From an uncultured Gemmatimonadales bacterium (GTDB lineage Bacteria; Gemmatimonadota; Gemmatimonadetes; Longimicrobiales; RSA9), in NCBI GenBank assembly GCA_963798085.1, contig CAWCRS010000008.1:64001-128000 (forward strand): a stretch of 64,000 nt of DNA. The letters are read 5' to 3'. Below are positions 10,406 through 20,008 of this stretch, piece by piece. The position numbers and the translations under genes were made by a program. A model generated the notes under the pieces. The model worked only from the letters and a program-made list of their open reading frames with translations, did not search any database and was not told where the DNA came from. Numbering within the stretch: the first letter of the stretch is position 1; each line of letters starts with the position of its first letter.

Positions 10406-12289
10406 ATGACCGCTGACGGGGACCCGGCGCGACCGCCGGTTCCGGTCGCGCCTTCGCTGACTTACGAGCTTCACAACATCGCGCCGGCGCAACGGCAGCC
10501 GCTCGAAGACCTCGGACGGCTGGTCCGCATGTCGCTGTTCGCGGTCGGCGTTGCGTTCCTCGCCGGCATTGCCGCGCAGCTCCTCATCGCGTTGATCGGC
10601 TTCATCACCAACCTGGCGTTCTACGGCCGGTTCTCCTTCGAATTCGTTTCGCCCGCCAACAACCATCTGGGACTCGGCGTGCTCGTCGTGCCGGTGATCG
10701 GCGGGCTGATTGTCGGCGCCATGGCCAGGTTCGGCTCCACCGCGATCCGCGGGCACGGCATCCCCGAAGCCATGGAGCAGGTGCTCATCAACGAGAGCCG
10801 CATCCCGGCAAGGGTCAGCATTCTCAAGCCGGTGAGCGCGGCCATTTCGATCGGCACGGGTGGGCCCTTTGGAGCGGAGGGCCCGATCATCGCGACCGGC
10901 GGTGCGCTCGGCTCGCTCTGTGGTCAGCTGCTGCGCACTACCGCGGACGAACGCAAGGTGCTGCTCGCCGCAGGCGCGGCCGCGGGCATGACCGCCACGT
11001 TCGGCAGTCCGGTGGCGGCGGTACTGCTGGCGGTCGAGCTGCTGCTGTTCGAGTACCGCGCTCGCTCGCTCATTCCGGTTTCGCTCGCGTCCGCCACAGC
11101 GACGGGCGTGCGCATCGCGTTCCAGGGTTCCGCGCCCGTCTTCCCCATGCCGTCCGTGCCCGCACCCGGCGGCGAAGCGCTTGTCGCCTACATTCTGCTG
11201 GGCGCGCTCAGCGGCCTGGTCGCCGCCGGCATAACACGCTCGTTATACGGCGTCGAAGACCTGTTCGAGCGCTCGCGCATTCACTGGATGTGGTGGCCCG
11301 CACTGGGCGCGCTGGCCGTGGGTCTCATCGGCTGGTTCTCGCCACACACGCTGGGCGTGGGCTACGACAACATCCAGGACGTGCTGGGCGGCACCATCGT
11401 GATTCACACGCTGATTGCGCTTGTCGTGCTGAAATTCGTGTCCTGGGCCATCGCGCTGGGCAGCGGCACCTCGGGCGGGACACTCGCGCCCATATTCACC
11501 ATCGGCGGCGGCTTCGGCGCCATCATCGGTACGATCGTGGCGCGCATCGATCCTTCGCTCGGCATCGACCCGCACGTGGCCGCGCTCGTGGGCATGGCTG
11601 CCGTTTTCGCCGGTGCATCGCATGCGCTGCTCGCGTCCGTGGTGTTTGCATTCGAGACCACACGCCAGGCCATGAGTCTGCTGCCGCTGCTGGGCGGCTG
11701 CAGCGCGGCCTACCTGGTGGCGCTCGGCATCACGCGCACTTCCATCATGACCGAACGCCTCGCGCGCCGAGGCCACGTGGTCAGCCCGGATTACGCCATG
11801 GACACACTCGCGCTGGTTACGGCGACCGCACTGATGACCCCGAAGCCGGTGACCCTGCGTGCCAGTGATTTCGTCGAGGATGTGCGCGACGGCATGGCCT
11901 CCGGCAAGCCGGAATTCCAGCACCAGGGCTATCCGGTGACCAATGACGATGGCCGCCTCGTCGGTGTTGTCACGCGCCGCGACCTGCTGCAGCTGGATCT
12001 CTCGTACACGGCCACGGTCGGCGACCTGATCAAGCGGCCGCCCGTCGTCGTCTTCGCTGATGCCAGCGGCCGCGAAGCCGCCGATCACATGGTGCGCGAA
12101 GGCGTGGGTCGTCTGCCTGTCGTTGGCCGTGAGGATCCATCCCGCGTGCTGGGCCTGCTCACACGTACGGACCTTCTTTCCGCCGACGAAAACCGGCTCG
12201 AAGCCCTCGACCGCTCCGAACGCTCCCTCGATTTCCGCCTGCGCATGATCCGCCAGACCGCCACCGGCCATTCGGAAACACCGCCCTGA
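10406..12289 (+). CDS. ClC chloride channel/antiporter with C-terminal CBS pair
   Basis: GHGIPE, GGPFGAEGPII, GTSGGTLAP; CBS motifs GYPV..LVGVVTRRDL and GRLPVV..GLLTRTDL. Confidence 0.93.
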   Translation: MTADGDPARPPVPVAPSLTYELHNIAPAQRQPLEDLGRLVRMSLFAVGVAFLAGIAAQLLIALIGFITNLAFYGRFSFEFVSPANNHLGLGVLVVPVIGGLIVGAMARFGSTAIRGHGIPEAMEQVLINESRIPARVSILKPVSAAISIGTGGPFGAEGPIIATGGALGSLCGQLLRTTADERKVLLAAGAAAGMTATFGSPVAAVLLAVELLLFEYRARSLIPVSLASATATGVRIAFQGSAPVFPMPSVPAPGGEALVAYILLGALSGLVAAGITRSLYGVEDLFERSRIHWMWWPALGALAVGLIGWFSPHTLGVGYDNIQDVLGGTIVIHTLIALVVLKFVSWAIALGSGTSGGTLAPIFTIGGGFGAIIGTIVARIDPSLGIDPHVAALVGMAAVFAGASHALLASVVFAFETTRQAMSLLPLLGGCSAAYLVALGITRTSIMTERLARRGHVVSPDYAMDTLALVTATALMTPKPVTLRASDFVEDVRDGMASGKPEFQHQGYPVTNDDGRLVGVVTRRDLLQLDLSYTATVGDLIKRPPVVVFADASGREAADHMVREGVGRLPVVGREDPSRVLGLLTRTDLLSADENRLEALDRSERSLDFRLRMIRQTATGHSETPP

Positions 12290-12294
12290 ACAGA

Positions 12295-12400
12295 AACGGC
12301 GTAGCCGGGGCTGGTTGCCCGGGAACTTCCTGACAGATTGTTAGAACGCCCCGACGCTCCCATTTCCAGCCCCAGCACGAGCCCGAGCCCGAGCCCGAGC
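12295..12400. repeat. REP-like inverted pair (family A) plus (CGAGCC)n between convergent genes
   Basis: AACGGCGTAGCCGGGGCTGGTTGC at 12295 and inverted CCAGCCCCAGCAC at 12366, followed by GAGCCC repeats. Confidence 0.6.
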
Positions 12401-13365
12401 TACTGGTACAGTATGAAGAGTGGCGGCGGTTTGAGCGCCAGCACTTCCGCGGGGGTCATGAGCGGGCGGTCCTGCTGGTAGAACAGCTTGAAGCCCGTGT
12501 ACTGCACCGGCCTGCCGCCCACGACCGCGCGGTAGGCGCCGCGCTTGAGCCCGGGCGGGCCGAAGCCGTCCATGTCGATCACCACCTGCACGCGCGGGTC
12601 GAGCCGGATGCTGTCGCTGCCTGTCAGCATCTTCTCGGTGAAGCGGTGCACGACCAGGATGCGCGGCGGCAGGTCATAACGCTGCATTACACGGATCAGC
12701 GTATCAATGGCGACGTTCACTTCGCGGGCATCGAGGGAGCCGATCACGCAGCCCGGCACGGTGGTGCTGTCCATGGCGAATTCCGGATCGAGCGCCAGGT
12801 GCACCCACGGCCGGCTCAGGTACTTCGTCAGCGAGCCGACTTCCTCGGCCACAGTGCTGCGGCCCACCTGCACGTCGAGGAACAGCAGTTCATCGTGCTG
12901 CTCTGCCCAGTCCGAGATACGCTCAATGAGTGTGTCGGGCGCGCGCAGCCGGTACTTCGCGCTCGCGCCCGGGATACTCTGCGCCACAATGGTTACGAGG
13001 TGCAGTGCGGGCAGAACCGGCAGCGTGCTGTCGGCCAGCGCCCACGCACGAACCTGCCCGTCGAGGTGGTGCTGCATGGAATCGAGCGGCAGCGCTCCCA
13101 GGATGCCCATGCGCGCGGAGGAGGGATTGCCGTAATAGGCGACAATGCGATGCGCGGGCAGCAGCGCCGCTTTCGCGTGCTTCGGCTGCTGCAGCGGCAC
13201 GGCAGGCAGTGGCAGTGGCGGCCTCACGAGCGCACCGCCCTTGTGCAGCATGGTTGCTCGTCCGGCGAACACCAGTGTGAGGAGCGCGACGCTCAATGCC
13301 GTTCGCTGCGCAGCGCGCGCACCCGGCCATTTTCCCGCGCGATTCAGCCAACGCGGCCCTTCCAT
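12400..13365 (-). CDS. Conserved hypothetical exported protein
   Basis: RIVAYYGNP..MGILG, LFLDVQVG, HLALDPEF, ILVVHRF, DMDGFG, GFKLFY pattern of a widespread uncharacterised family; start uncertain. Confidence 0.75.
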   Translation of the reverse strand: MEGPRWLNRAGKWPGARAAQRTALSVALLTLVFAGRATMLHKGGALVRPPLPLPAVPLQQPKHAKAALLPAHRIVAYYGNPSSARMGILGALPLDSMQHHLDGQVRAWALADSTLPVLPALHLVTIVAQSIPGASAKYRLRAPDTLIERISDWAEQHDELLFLDVQVGRSTVAEEVGSLTKYLSRPWVHLALDPEFAMDSTTVPGCVIGSLDAREVNVAIDTLIRVMQRYDLPPRILVVHRFTEKMLTGSDSIRLDPRVQVVIDMDGFGPPGLKRGAYRAVVGGRPVQYTGFKLFYQQDRPLMTPAEVLALKPPPLFILYQ

Positions 13366-13614
13366 GATGCACCTGCTTCCTGCAAGCTGCCCGTGTTACC
13401 TTACACCAGAGAGCGCAAGACGAATCCGGGACTTTTCGTCCGGCGAAGCGGCCACTCTGTCCACCAGAGGCAAGTATCGGCCACTCGCCTTTCCAGCATG
13501 GCAAGAAGCACGCGCGGTCGTTACGCGTCGCCCGCGCGGACTGGTCCGGCTCGTGCATTGCCGGGTGCACGGAGCGCTGTCGCAGCACGGAATTCCCGGC
13601 TCCAGGAGGAGATC

Positions 13615-13917
13615 ATGGCTGAGGAGTGGACCAACACGGCGGGTGGTGACACACAGACCGGGACGAAGCAGAGTCGCGCGGAAACCCATCGCGTGACCGG
13701 CGACCGCGTGATCGGCAAGGTCAAGGAGCTGATCCACGAGGGCAACGTCCGGCGCATCGCCATCAAGAATGACGAAGGCCGCACGCTCATCGAGGTGCCG
13801 CTTACGGTCGGCGTTGTGGGCGCAGTGCTCGTGCCCGTGTGGGCGGCGATCGGTGCTATTGCCGCGCTGGTTGCGAACTGCTCGATCGAGGTCGAGCGGG
13901 AAGCGCCGGAGGCTTGA
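13615..13917 (+). CDS. DUF4342 domain protein
   Basis: RBS GGAGGAG; KVKELIHEGNVRRIAIK..LIEVPLTVGVVGAVLVPVWAAIGAIAALV. Confidence 0.88.
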   Translation: MAEEWTNTAGGDTQTGTKQSRAETHRVTGDRVIGKVKELIHEGNVRRIAIKNDEGRTLIEVPLTVGVVGAVLVPVWAAIGAIAALVANCSIEVEREAPEA

Positions 13918-14362
13918 CGCAGATCGGGCAGGGTCCCAGTTGCGGGTCCTTGCCGAAGCGGACCGTGACGGGGCCGAGTGCGACGACGCTCTTCTGAACC
14001 GTGTCGTTCACAGCCACCGTCACGGTTGCCGTCGCGCCCTGTACGACGCCCGCGATCTGCGCGGGCAGCGGTGGGCCGATGGCGACGGGATAGGCGTGCA
14101 GCACGTAGCTGCCGGTGACGGCGAAGCGGCCGTTCTCGTCCAGTTCGATCGGGCCCGGGAAATTGCCGTAGGTGCAGCCGATGTGCACGTGTGCCAGCGT
14201 GTCGTCCACGATCATGCCGGCATTCTCGCCGCCCCAGGTACCCACCGAGAGCCGATCCGAAGAAGGCGGCAGGATGTCGTTCTTCGCGCAGGTCGCGAGC
14301 AGCGCACAGCCGATTACGCCTGACACGCGACGCAGCACGCGGACCATCGATTGGTTCTCCAT
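13856..14362 (-). CDS. Hypothetical lipoprotein
   Basis: Lipobox-like LLATC; GTWGGE..GCTYG..LDENGRF; C-terminal CPIC; 3' end overlaps the convergent DUF4342 gene. Confidence 0.7.
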   Translation of the reverse strand: MENQSMVRVLRRVSGVIGCALLATCAKNDILPPSSDRLSVGTWGGENAGMIVDDTLAHVHIGCTYGNFPGPIELDENGRFAVTGSYVLHAYPVAIGPPLPAQIAGVVQGATATVTVAVNDTVQKSVVALGPVTVRFGKDPQLGPCPICVKPPALPARPRSSSSQPARQ

Positions 14363-14554
14363 CCTCGCTCGCCTCCGTTGTCTCCCTGCATCAGAACGCT
14401 CACCGGGCTCTACTCCTAACGCACCCCGGCGGGACCCCGGTTTGTGCCACCCGCGCGAAAGCCGCATAATCCAGCCGTGTCTGCTTCGGGGTGCGCCCGC
14501 ACGATCCCTCGTGGCACGCGGTGGCACCCGTTTCCATTCCGCCGAGGAGGCCGT

Positions 14555-16465
14555 GTGCGCACCGCCGTTTCCCGAGCCCTGCTGTTCGCTCTGTTCGCCG
14601 CCCTGCCCGTGCGTGGCGCACACGCCCAGACCGTGGCGGATACATCGCGCTTCCGCGCGCTGAATCTGTTTCCCTCGCCTGGTCCGTTCCGCACCGGGTC
14701 GGGCCGGCCGGGCAGCGCGTACTGGCAGCAGCGTGTGGATTACCGCATCGATGCCACGCTGGATCCGCAGAAGAATACACTGACCGGTCGCGAAACCATT
14801 CGTTATCACAACAATTCGCCCGACACGCTGCACTATCTGTGGCTGTACCTCGAGCAGAATATCTGCGCGCCCGAATCCATCACCAACACGCTGAACCAGC
14901 CGCCGCTCGTCTTCCAGGACGCGGTCTTCGACTTCTCCTGCAAGGGTTTCAAGGGTGGCGTCACCCTGACTTCGCTGCAGAGCAATGACGCCAACGTGCC
15001 GCGCGAGATCTACGGCACCACCATGAAGCTGCTGCTGCCGCGCGCATTGCCGCCGGCGGGCGAGTTGACCCTCAATGTCGCCTGGAGCTTTGCCGTGCCC
15101 GAGTACGGCGCCGGCCGCATGGGCCGCGATGGCCCGCTCTACGAAATCGCCCAGTGGTATCCCCGCCTGGCTGTGTACGATGACGTCACCGGCTGGAACC
15201 ACGAGCCCTACATTGGCTCGGGCGAATTCTATCTCGAGTATGGCAGCTTCAATGTCGCGTTGACCGTGCCCGCCAGCTATATCGTCGCCGCTACCGGCAC
15301 CCTGCAGAATCCGGAACAGGTGCTGACCGCCACCCAGCGCGAGCGCCTCACCCGCGCACGCCAGTCGGAAACGCCCGTCGCCATCATTGGCGCCGATGAA
15401 GTCGGCAAGCCGTCAACCCGCCCGACTTCCAGCGGTACGCTGACATGGCGCTTCCACGCGGACAGTGTGCGTGATGTCGCGTTCGCGGCAACGCCCACTG
15501 CACGCTGGGATGCGGTGGGCTACGACGGCATCCTCATCGAAACCGTGTATCGCCCCAGCGCGGACAAATGGCCCGAGGCCATTCGCATGGCGAGGCAGGT
15601 GATCAAGCATTACAGCGAGCAGTGGTTCCACTATCCATACTCGCACGCCACCACGGTCGAAGGGCCGATCGAAGGCATGGAGTATCCCATGCTCACGTTC
15701 GTGCCCAATGGCCCGTCGCGCGAGGAAACCTACTGGACCCTGGCACACGAATTCGGTCACGAGTGGTTTCCCATGATCGTCGGTTCCAATGAACGGCTCT
15801 ATCCGTGGATGGACGAAGGCTTCAACACCTTCATCGACATTCAGGTCACGCAGGAGTACTTCGCAGGCCAGGCATTCGGTGACACGGTCGCGAACATCCC
15901 GCTGCACCTCTACGCTGCGCACGCCGTGCCGGGCGAAGAACAGGCACTGATGACGAAGCCGGTCGAGTCCCACGACCTGTTCTGGACCGGTTATCGCAAA
16001 CCATCCCTGATGCTGCACCTGCTGCGCTACGAAGTGCTGGGGCGGGATCGCTTCGACGCAGCGTTCCGCGACTACATCCGAACCTGGGCGTTCCGCCATC
16101 CCACACCGGCGGACTTCATGCGCCTGATGCGCGATGCCTCGGGCATGGAACTGGACTGGTTCTGGCGAGGCTGGCTCTTCACCACGGCACGGCTGGATCA
16201 GGCGGTGGATTCCATTGCGCCGCGACAGGGCGGCGGCAGCAACGTCTTCCTCTCCAACCGCGCCACCATGGTGATGCCGGCCGAGTTGAAGCTCAACTTC
16301 GCCGATGGCAGCACGCAGACCGTGCGTCTGCCCGTCGAAATGTGGAACCTGGGACCGAACTTCCTGTACCGCGTGCCCGGCACCCGGGAGGTGACAGCGG
16401 CCGAGCTGGATCCGCGTCACGTCTATCCGGACATCGATCGCGGCAACAATGCGCGGCGGCGATGA
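14555..16465 (+). CDS. M1 family metallopeptidase (secreted)
   Basis: RBS GAGGAGG, GTG start, signal peptide AHA/Q; GMEYP, HEFGH..WMDEG zinc motif. Confidence 0.93.
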   Translation: MRTAVSRALLFALFAALPVRGAHAQTVADTSRFRALNLFPSPGPFRTGSGRPGSAYWQQRVDYRIDATLDPQKNTLTGRETIRYHNNSPDTLHYLWLYLEQNICAPESITNTLNQPPLVFQDAVFDFSCKGFKGGVTLTSLQSNDANVPREIYGTTMKLLLPRALPPAGELTLNVAWSFAVPEYGAGRMGRDGPLYEIAQWYPRLAVYDDVTGWNHEPYIGSGEFYLEYGSFNVALTVPASYIVAATGTLQNPEQVLTATQRERLTRARQSETPVAIIGADEVGKPSTRPTSSGTLTWRFHADSVRDVAFAATPTARWDAVGYDGILIETVYRPSADKWPEAIRMARQVIKHYSEQWFHYPYSHATTVEGPIEGMEYPMLTFVPNGPSREETYWTLAHEFGHEWFPMIVGSNERLYPWMDEGFNTFIDIQVTQEYFAGQAFGDTVANIPLHLYAAHAVPGEEQALMTKPVESHDLFWTGYRKPSLMLHLLRYEVLGRDRFDAAFRDYIRTWAFRHPTPADFMRLMRDASGMELDWFWRGWLFTTARLDQAVDSIAPRQGGGSNVFLSNRATMVMPAELKLNFADGSTQTVRLPVEMWNLGPNFLYRVPGTREVTAAELDPRHVYPDIDRGNNARRR

Positions 16466-16577
16466 TGCGAGGCTGTGGTCGTGCCGGGATCAGGCGACGA
16501 CGGGTCGTCTCCGTTACGCTCACGACGCAAACACCGCGTTGACGGATTTTTTCAGGGATTGCACGCAGGCGAGGCGT

Positions 16578-17600
16578 TCAGTGCACGGGGTGAATATTGA
16601 GCACCTCACCCGATTCTTCGAGAAGCACCGAGGTGTGGCCGCGGTAGGCTTCGCTGGGTGAGCGCAGCCACCACTTGCGGATGATCCATGCACCCGTGTC
16701 GAGGCGCTGGAAATCCGCGTGGCCGGTATAGTCGCCCGCCAGCATGTTGCGGGGAATGTTGCGATACGAGAACTCGAGTGTCTGCAGCTCCGCCGTACGT
16801 TCGTCCAGCCAGAGCACGCCCTCGATATCCGTGAGCCTGCGCCCGGGAATCGGGCGGAAGCTCAGACCAATGAGGCCGGGGTGCTGCGTCTCGCGGGTCA
16901 GCGCGAAGCAGTGCGTCGCCTGGAAGCCGCTGGACAGCAGCACGTTCGTGCTGGGCCCGTACACCCAGAAGTCGCCATTCTCGCGGCGCACATAGCCCTC
17001 GCGCGCCAGATCCTCGGGCGGCAGGGTGCTGAAGGGTGCATTGTCGACCTGTGCCGCGAGGCGCGTCTGTTCGTCCAGCACGCGTTTGCCGTGATCGCCG
17101 AGCAGACGGTGCACCTTGCGCACGTCGAAGCGGAACACCGCCTGCGCCCGCGTGATCGATTCCGCGTTCAACGCTTTCTGCGCTTCTTCCCAGACGACGT
17201 GCGTCGCGCGCGCCGCATCGTCGCGCACCGAACAGCGCTTTGCCGAGTTGATGTCCAGTGCATCCAGCCGGATGGGTTCGAAGGGCAGCGACAGCGTCAG
17301 GAACGGCGCATCATCCGCCACCGTGAACGCCTCCGACTGGACGCCTTTCCTGCCGATCATCTCGGCCAGCAGCCGATACCGGCCGCGCACCACATCCGTG
17401 AATCCGAACAACCCGTCAGGATTCGAGAGCACCGCCCGCTGCCGCGTCCCCTCCGCATCCAGCAGCGTGACCACCGCCCCGACCATGGGCGCGCCGTCCG
17501 TCGCATCCGTGACTTTCCCGCGCACCGTCTGGGCTGACACGAGCACGGAAGTGCTCAGGAGAAGCGACAGAGCGAGGCAGGCGCTGCGGGGTGAGCACAT
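16578..17600 (-). CDS. Carboxypeptidase-regulatory-like domain secreted protein
   Basis: Signal peptide ..VSA/Q then VRGKVTD..PMVGAVVTLLD..DGLF..GRYRL..IG. Confidence 0.8.
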   Translation of the reverse strand: MCSPRSACLALSLLLSTSVLVSAQTVRGKVTDATDGAPMVGAVVTLLDAEGTRQRAVLSNPDGLFGFTDVVRGRYRLLAEMIGRKGVQSEAFTVADDAPFLTLSLPFEPIRLDALDINSAKRCSVRDDAARATHVVWEEAQKALNAESITRAQAVFRFDVRKVHRLLGDHGKRVLDEQTRLAAQVDNAPFSTLPPEDLAREGYVRRENGDFWVYGPSTNVLLSSGFQATHCFALTRETQHPGLIGLSFRPIPGRRLTDIEGVLWLDERTAELQTLEFSYRNIPRNMLAGDYTGHADFQRLDTGAWIIRKWWLRSPSEAYRGHTSVLLEESGEVLNIHPVH

Positions 17601-17696
17601 TGGCGTCCGGGGTCCGGGTGGTGAGGGCTGCTCCCAGTCTAAGGCCTGGCCTCCACGCGCTGCAACCCTCGCGGACAGGCTCACCGCCGAGATCAG

Positions 17697-18145
17697 GAGG
17701 TCGCGGAGAACGACATCATTCTCACACAGTGGACACAGGGTCAGACAGAGGGGCGCTTTGCCTCTGACGGATGCGTGAGTTGCGGATATGTGAGTTGAGG
17801 ATGCGTGTGGTCTGGTGCGTGATCTGTTGTGGTCCCGAAAGGAGCGCGTTCGGGGCGGACCTGCAGGATCCAGACTTGAGGAAATCGCAATGCATGCGGG
17901 GCAAGGGCGACTTCGAGCGGGCGCGCAGCAACTCCCGGCTCCTCATGGACCGGCATTCGTATTCACACAAATTTGGCCTGCTCGCACAATGACAATGGGG
18001 ATGCAGAAATCGGTGCAAATCACAGCTACCACTGCGGCGACAAGGGAAGCAATTTGTTGCTCGTGACCGGGGCAACCCCTTCAGGAAACGCGCCCCTCCG
18101 TCACCCTGTCTCCACTGTGTGAGAATCGTCGTCCTCCGCGACCTC
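17697..18145. mobile_element. MITE/REPIN-like non-coding element with ~65-70 bp imperfect terminal inverted repeats (family B, copy 1)
   Basis: 17697-17767 GAGGTCGCGGAGAACGACATCATTCTCACACAGTGGACACAGGGT.. matches the reverse complement of 18081-18145; lower-GC interior. Confidence 0.7.
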
Positions 18146-18247
18146 TTCCCACGACCTCCTCCCGCCGCGTCCGTCTAGCTGCTCGTTAGGAATGGCCGTG
18201 CACCCCCCAGACCCCTCGCCCGCAGCCACCGCGTCCACCCCCCAGGC

Positions 18248-18742
18248 TCAGGCAATGCTCAGCGTGTCGGTGGATGCATCGTAGGTGGTGGCATAGGACC
18301 GCATGTTGGTGGTGCGCTGGCCGCCCTGCCAGGCGCCGGTCAGGCTGAAGCGCGCGCCGTGGCGGGTGCACATGAAGCCGCTGCCGGCGGTGTTGATGGT
18401 ACCGCCCTGGTGCGGGCAGATGCGGGACAGCGCCACGAAGCTGGTCTCGCCTGTGCGCACGATGGCCACGAGCGCGCCGTTCAGATTGACCAGCGCGATG
18501 CCGTTCGTGCTGGCGAGTGCGGGATAGTCGGAGACCTTGATCGATGAGCCGATCGAAGTGGGCGGTGTTCCCAGAGACAGGCCGGTGGAGGTGTCGATGG
18601 CGCACGCGGCCAGCGCCAGCAGCGCCGCGGCCAGCGCGCCTTGCGTGAGAAACGCCCGCCGGTCGAACGATGTCACACCGATTTCTTCGCTGCCACGCGC
18701 GCAACCCGCGCACGTCTGACGGCATTCCTGCGACTGCTTCAT
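18248..18742 (-). CDS. Rieske [2Fe-2S] protein, Tat-type lipoprotein
   Basis: DRRAFL twin-Arg, LALAAC lipobox, CPHQG and CTRHG Rieske boxes. Confidence 0.9.
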   Translation of the reverse strand: MKQSQECRQTCAGCARGSEEIGVTSFDRRAFLTQGALAAALLALAACAIDTSTGLSLGTPPTSIGSSIKVSDYPALASTNGIALVNLNGALVAIVRTGETSFVALSRICPHQGGTINTAGSGFMCTRHGARFSLTGAWQGGQRTTNMRSYATTYDASTDTLSIA

Positions 18743-18755
18743 ATGCTGCTTCCCT

Positions 18756-19268
18756 TCACGACACGTTGGTGAGCACGGTGCCGGCCACGGCAGTGACCAG
18801 CCACAGCACGAGACTGAGACGGGCGCGTCGGCCCAGCCGGCGCCACAGTTTTTCGGCTGGCTCGACGCCGGCCGCGCGTGCCGCCAGCAACCGGGACTCC
18901 GTGCGGAACAGGCCGGCGCCGTTGATCAGCAGCAGACCCACCAGTCCCAGCTTGATCCAGAACAGTGCGGATGTGGCGAAGGTGTTGACGTCCGCGGCTG
19001 CCAGCAGGACGCCGCTCGCGACCAGCACGCTCAGCGCCAGCAGCACGGGCCGGTGCACGGCGCGCAGCTCCTGCAGCGGATGGGCACGATCACCTGCGGG
19101 CAGACGCAGCGTGCGCAGTGTGGTGCGGTCCGCGGCAATGGCCAGGCCGCCGCTCAGCAGCAGGGCCACAATGTGCAAGGTGGTGACCGTTGCGGACACG
19201 GCCGTCGAATCCGAGTACAGTGTCTGCCAGGGTGAGAGCCAGCGGGCCAGCTCGTGCACGAGTTGCAT
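18756..19268 (-). CDS. Four-TM membrane protein (DUF6644/DUF2214-like)
   Basis: TLHIVALLLSGG..DR, SGVLL, FWIKLGLVGLLLING, SLVLW. Confidence 0.75.
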   Translation of the reverse strand: MQLVHELARWLSPWQTLYSDSTAVSATVTTLHIVALLLSGGLAIAADRTTLRTLRLPAGDRAHPLQELRAVHRPVLLALSVLVASGVLLAAADVNTFATSALFWIKLGLVGLLLINGAGLFRTESRLLAARAAGVEPAEKLWRRLGRRARLSLVLWLVTAVAGTVLTNVS

Positions 19269-19271
19269 GCT

Positions 19272-19973
19272 TCAGTCCTTCCTCAGCCACATGATCAGCG
19301 TGCTCGCCACACTGAGCGACATCGAGCCGATGGCATAGTTGCGGTGGCGGCGGGCGCCACTGTCCGAGAAGCGCGCGGCGCGCGCCTGCGTGCTCGTGTA
19401 GAAGAAGCCGGCATCGGAAGCCAGCATGAGCCCGGCGTGCAGATAACGGCGTGTTCGGTCGTTCGGGTCCTTGCGGCCCTCCCACAGATTCCACACGCCG
19501 GTCACGGTGTTCACGGCGAAGACCGTGCCGATGGCGCCGGCCACCACACGGTGCGCCGGCTTCACCCAGGTGGGCACGTTGGTGGCGGTGAAGAGCTTCT
19601 GGCCCATCAGGTACTCCCCCGCGAACAGCGGCAGGATGGTGTAGCTGCCCACGCGGTGGATGGTCAGCCGCGTGTAGTACGCATCACTGTATTCGATCAG
19701 CCGCGTACGGGGCGTGTCCGCCGGCGGCAGCGTGAGCGGCAGACGCCCCATCGTCGCCGGCAACACGCTGTTGGCTGATACCGCCGGCGGAACCGAGAGG
19801 AATGCGGGCGCCGGCCAGTGCAGTCCCGGCTGCGTCAGCGCAGCCGGCGGGTCCGCTCCGCCGGCGGGGCTTCCCGCCTGTGCCCGGCCGGGTGCCGGAG
19901 CGAGCAGCGGCGCCCCGGCCACCACCAGTAACCACCACCCTCGCATCACACCCGGCCTCCTGTTGCCTGCCAC
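19272..19973 (-). CDS. Membrane protein with four helix-borne His (cytochrome b-like, putative)
   Basis: IHRVG, AHRVV, LHAGL, RHRNY, each at the start of a hydrophobic segment. Confidence 0.65.
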   Translation of the reverse strand: MAGNRRPGVMRGWWLLVVAGAPLLAPAPGRAQAGSPAGGADPPAALTQPGLHWPAPAFLSVPPAVSANSVLPATMGRLPLTLPPADTPRTRLIEYSDAYYTRLTIHRVGSYTILPLFAGEYLMGQKLFTATNVPTWVKPAHRVVAGAIGTVFAVNTVTGVWNLWEGRKDPNDRTRRYLHAGLMLASDAGFFYTSTQARAARFSDSGARRHRNYAIGSMSLSVASTLIMWLRKD

Positions 19974-20008
19974 GTCGCGGGTTACCGCTTTAACATCGTG
20001 TTACCAGA

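Noticed and set aside
14421..14527. Structured leader/riboswitch upstream of the M1 peptidase
   Set aside because: Short GC-rich complementary segments are expected by chance; no recognisable riboswitch consensus
17741..18075. Short ORFs inside the family B element (71-117 aa)
   Set aside because: No RBS or recognisable motifs, atypical composition, and not conserved as protein in the second copy
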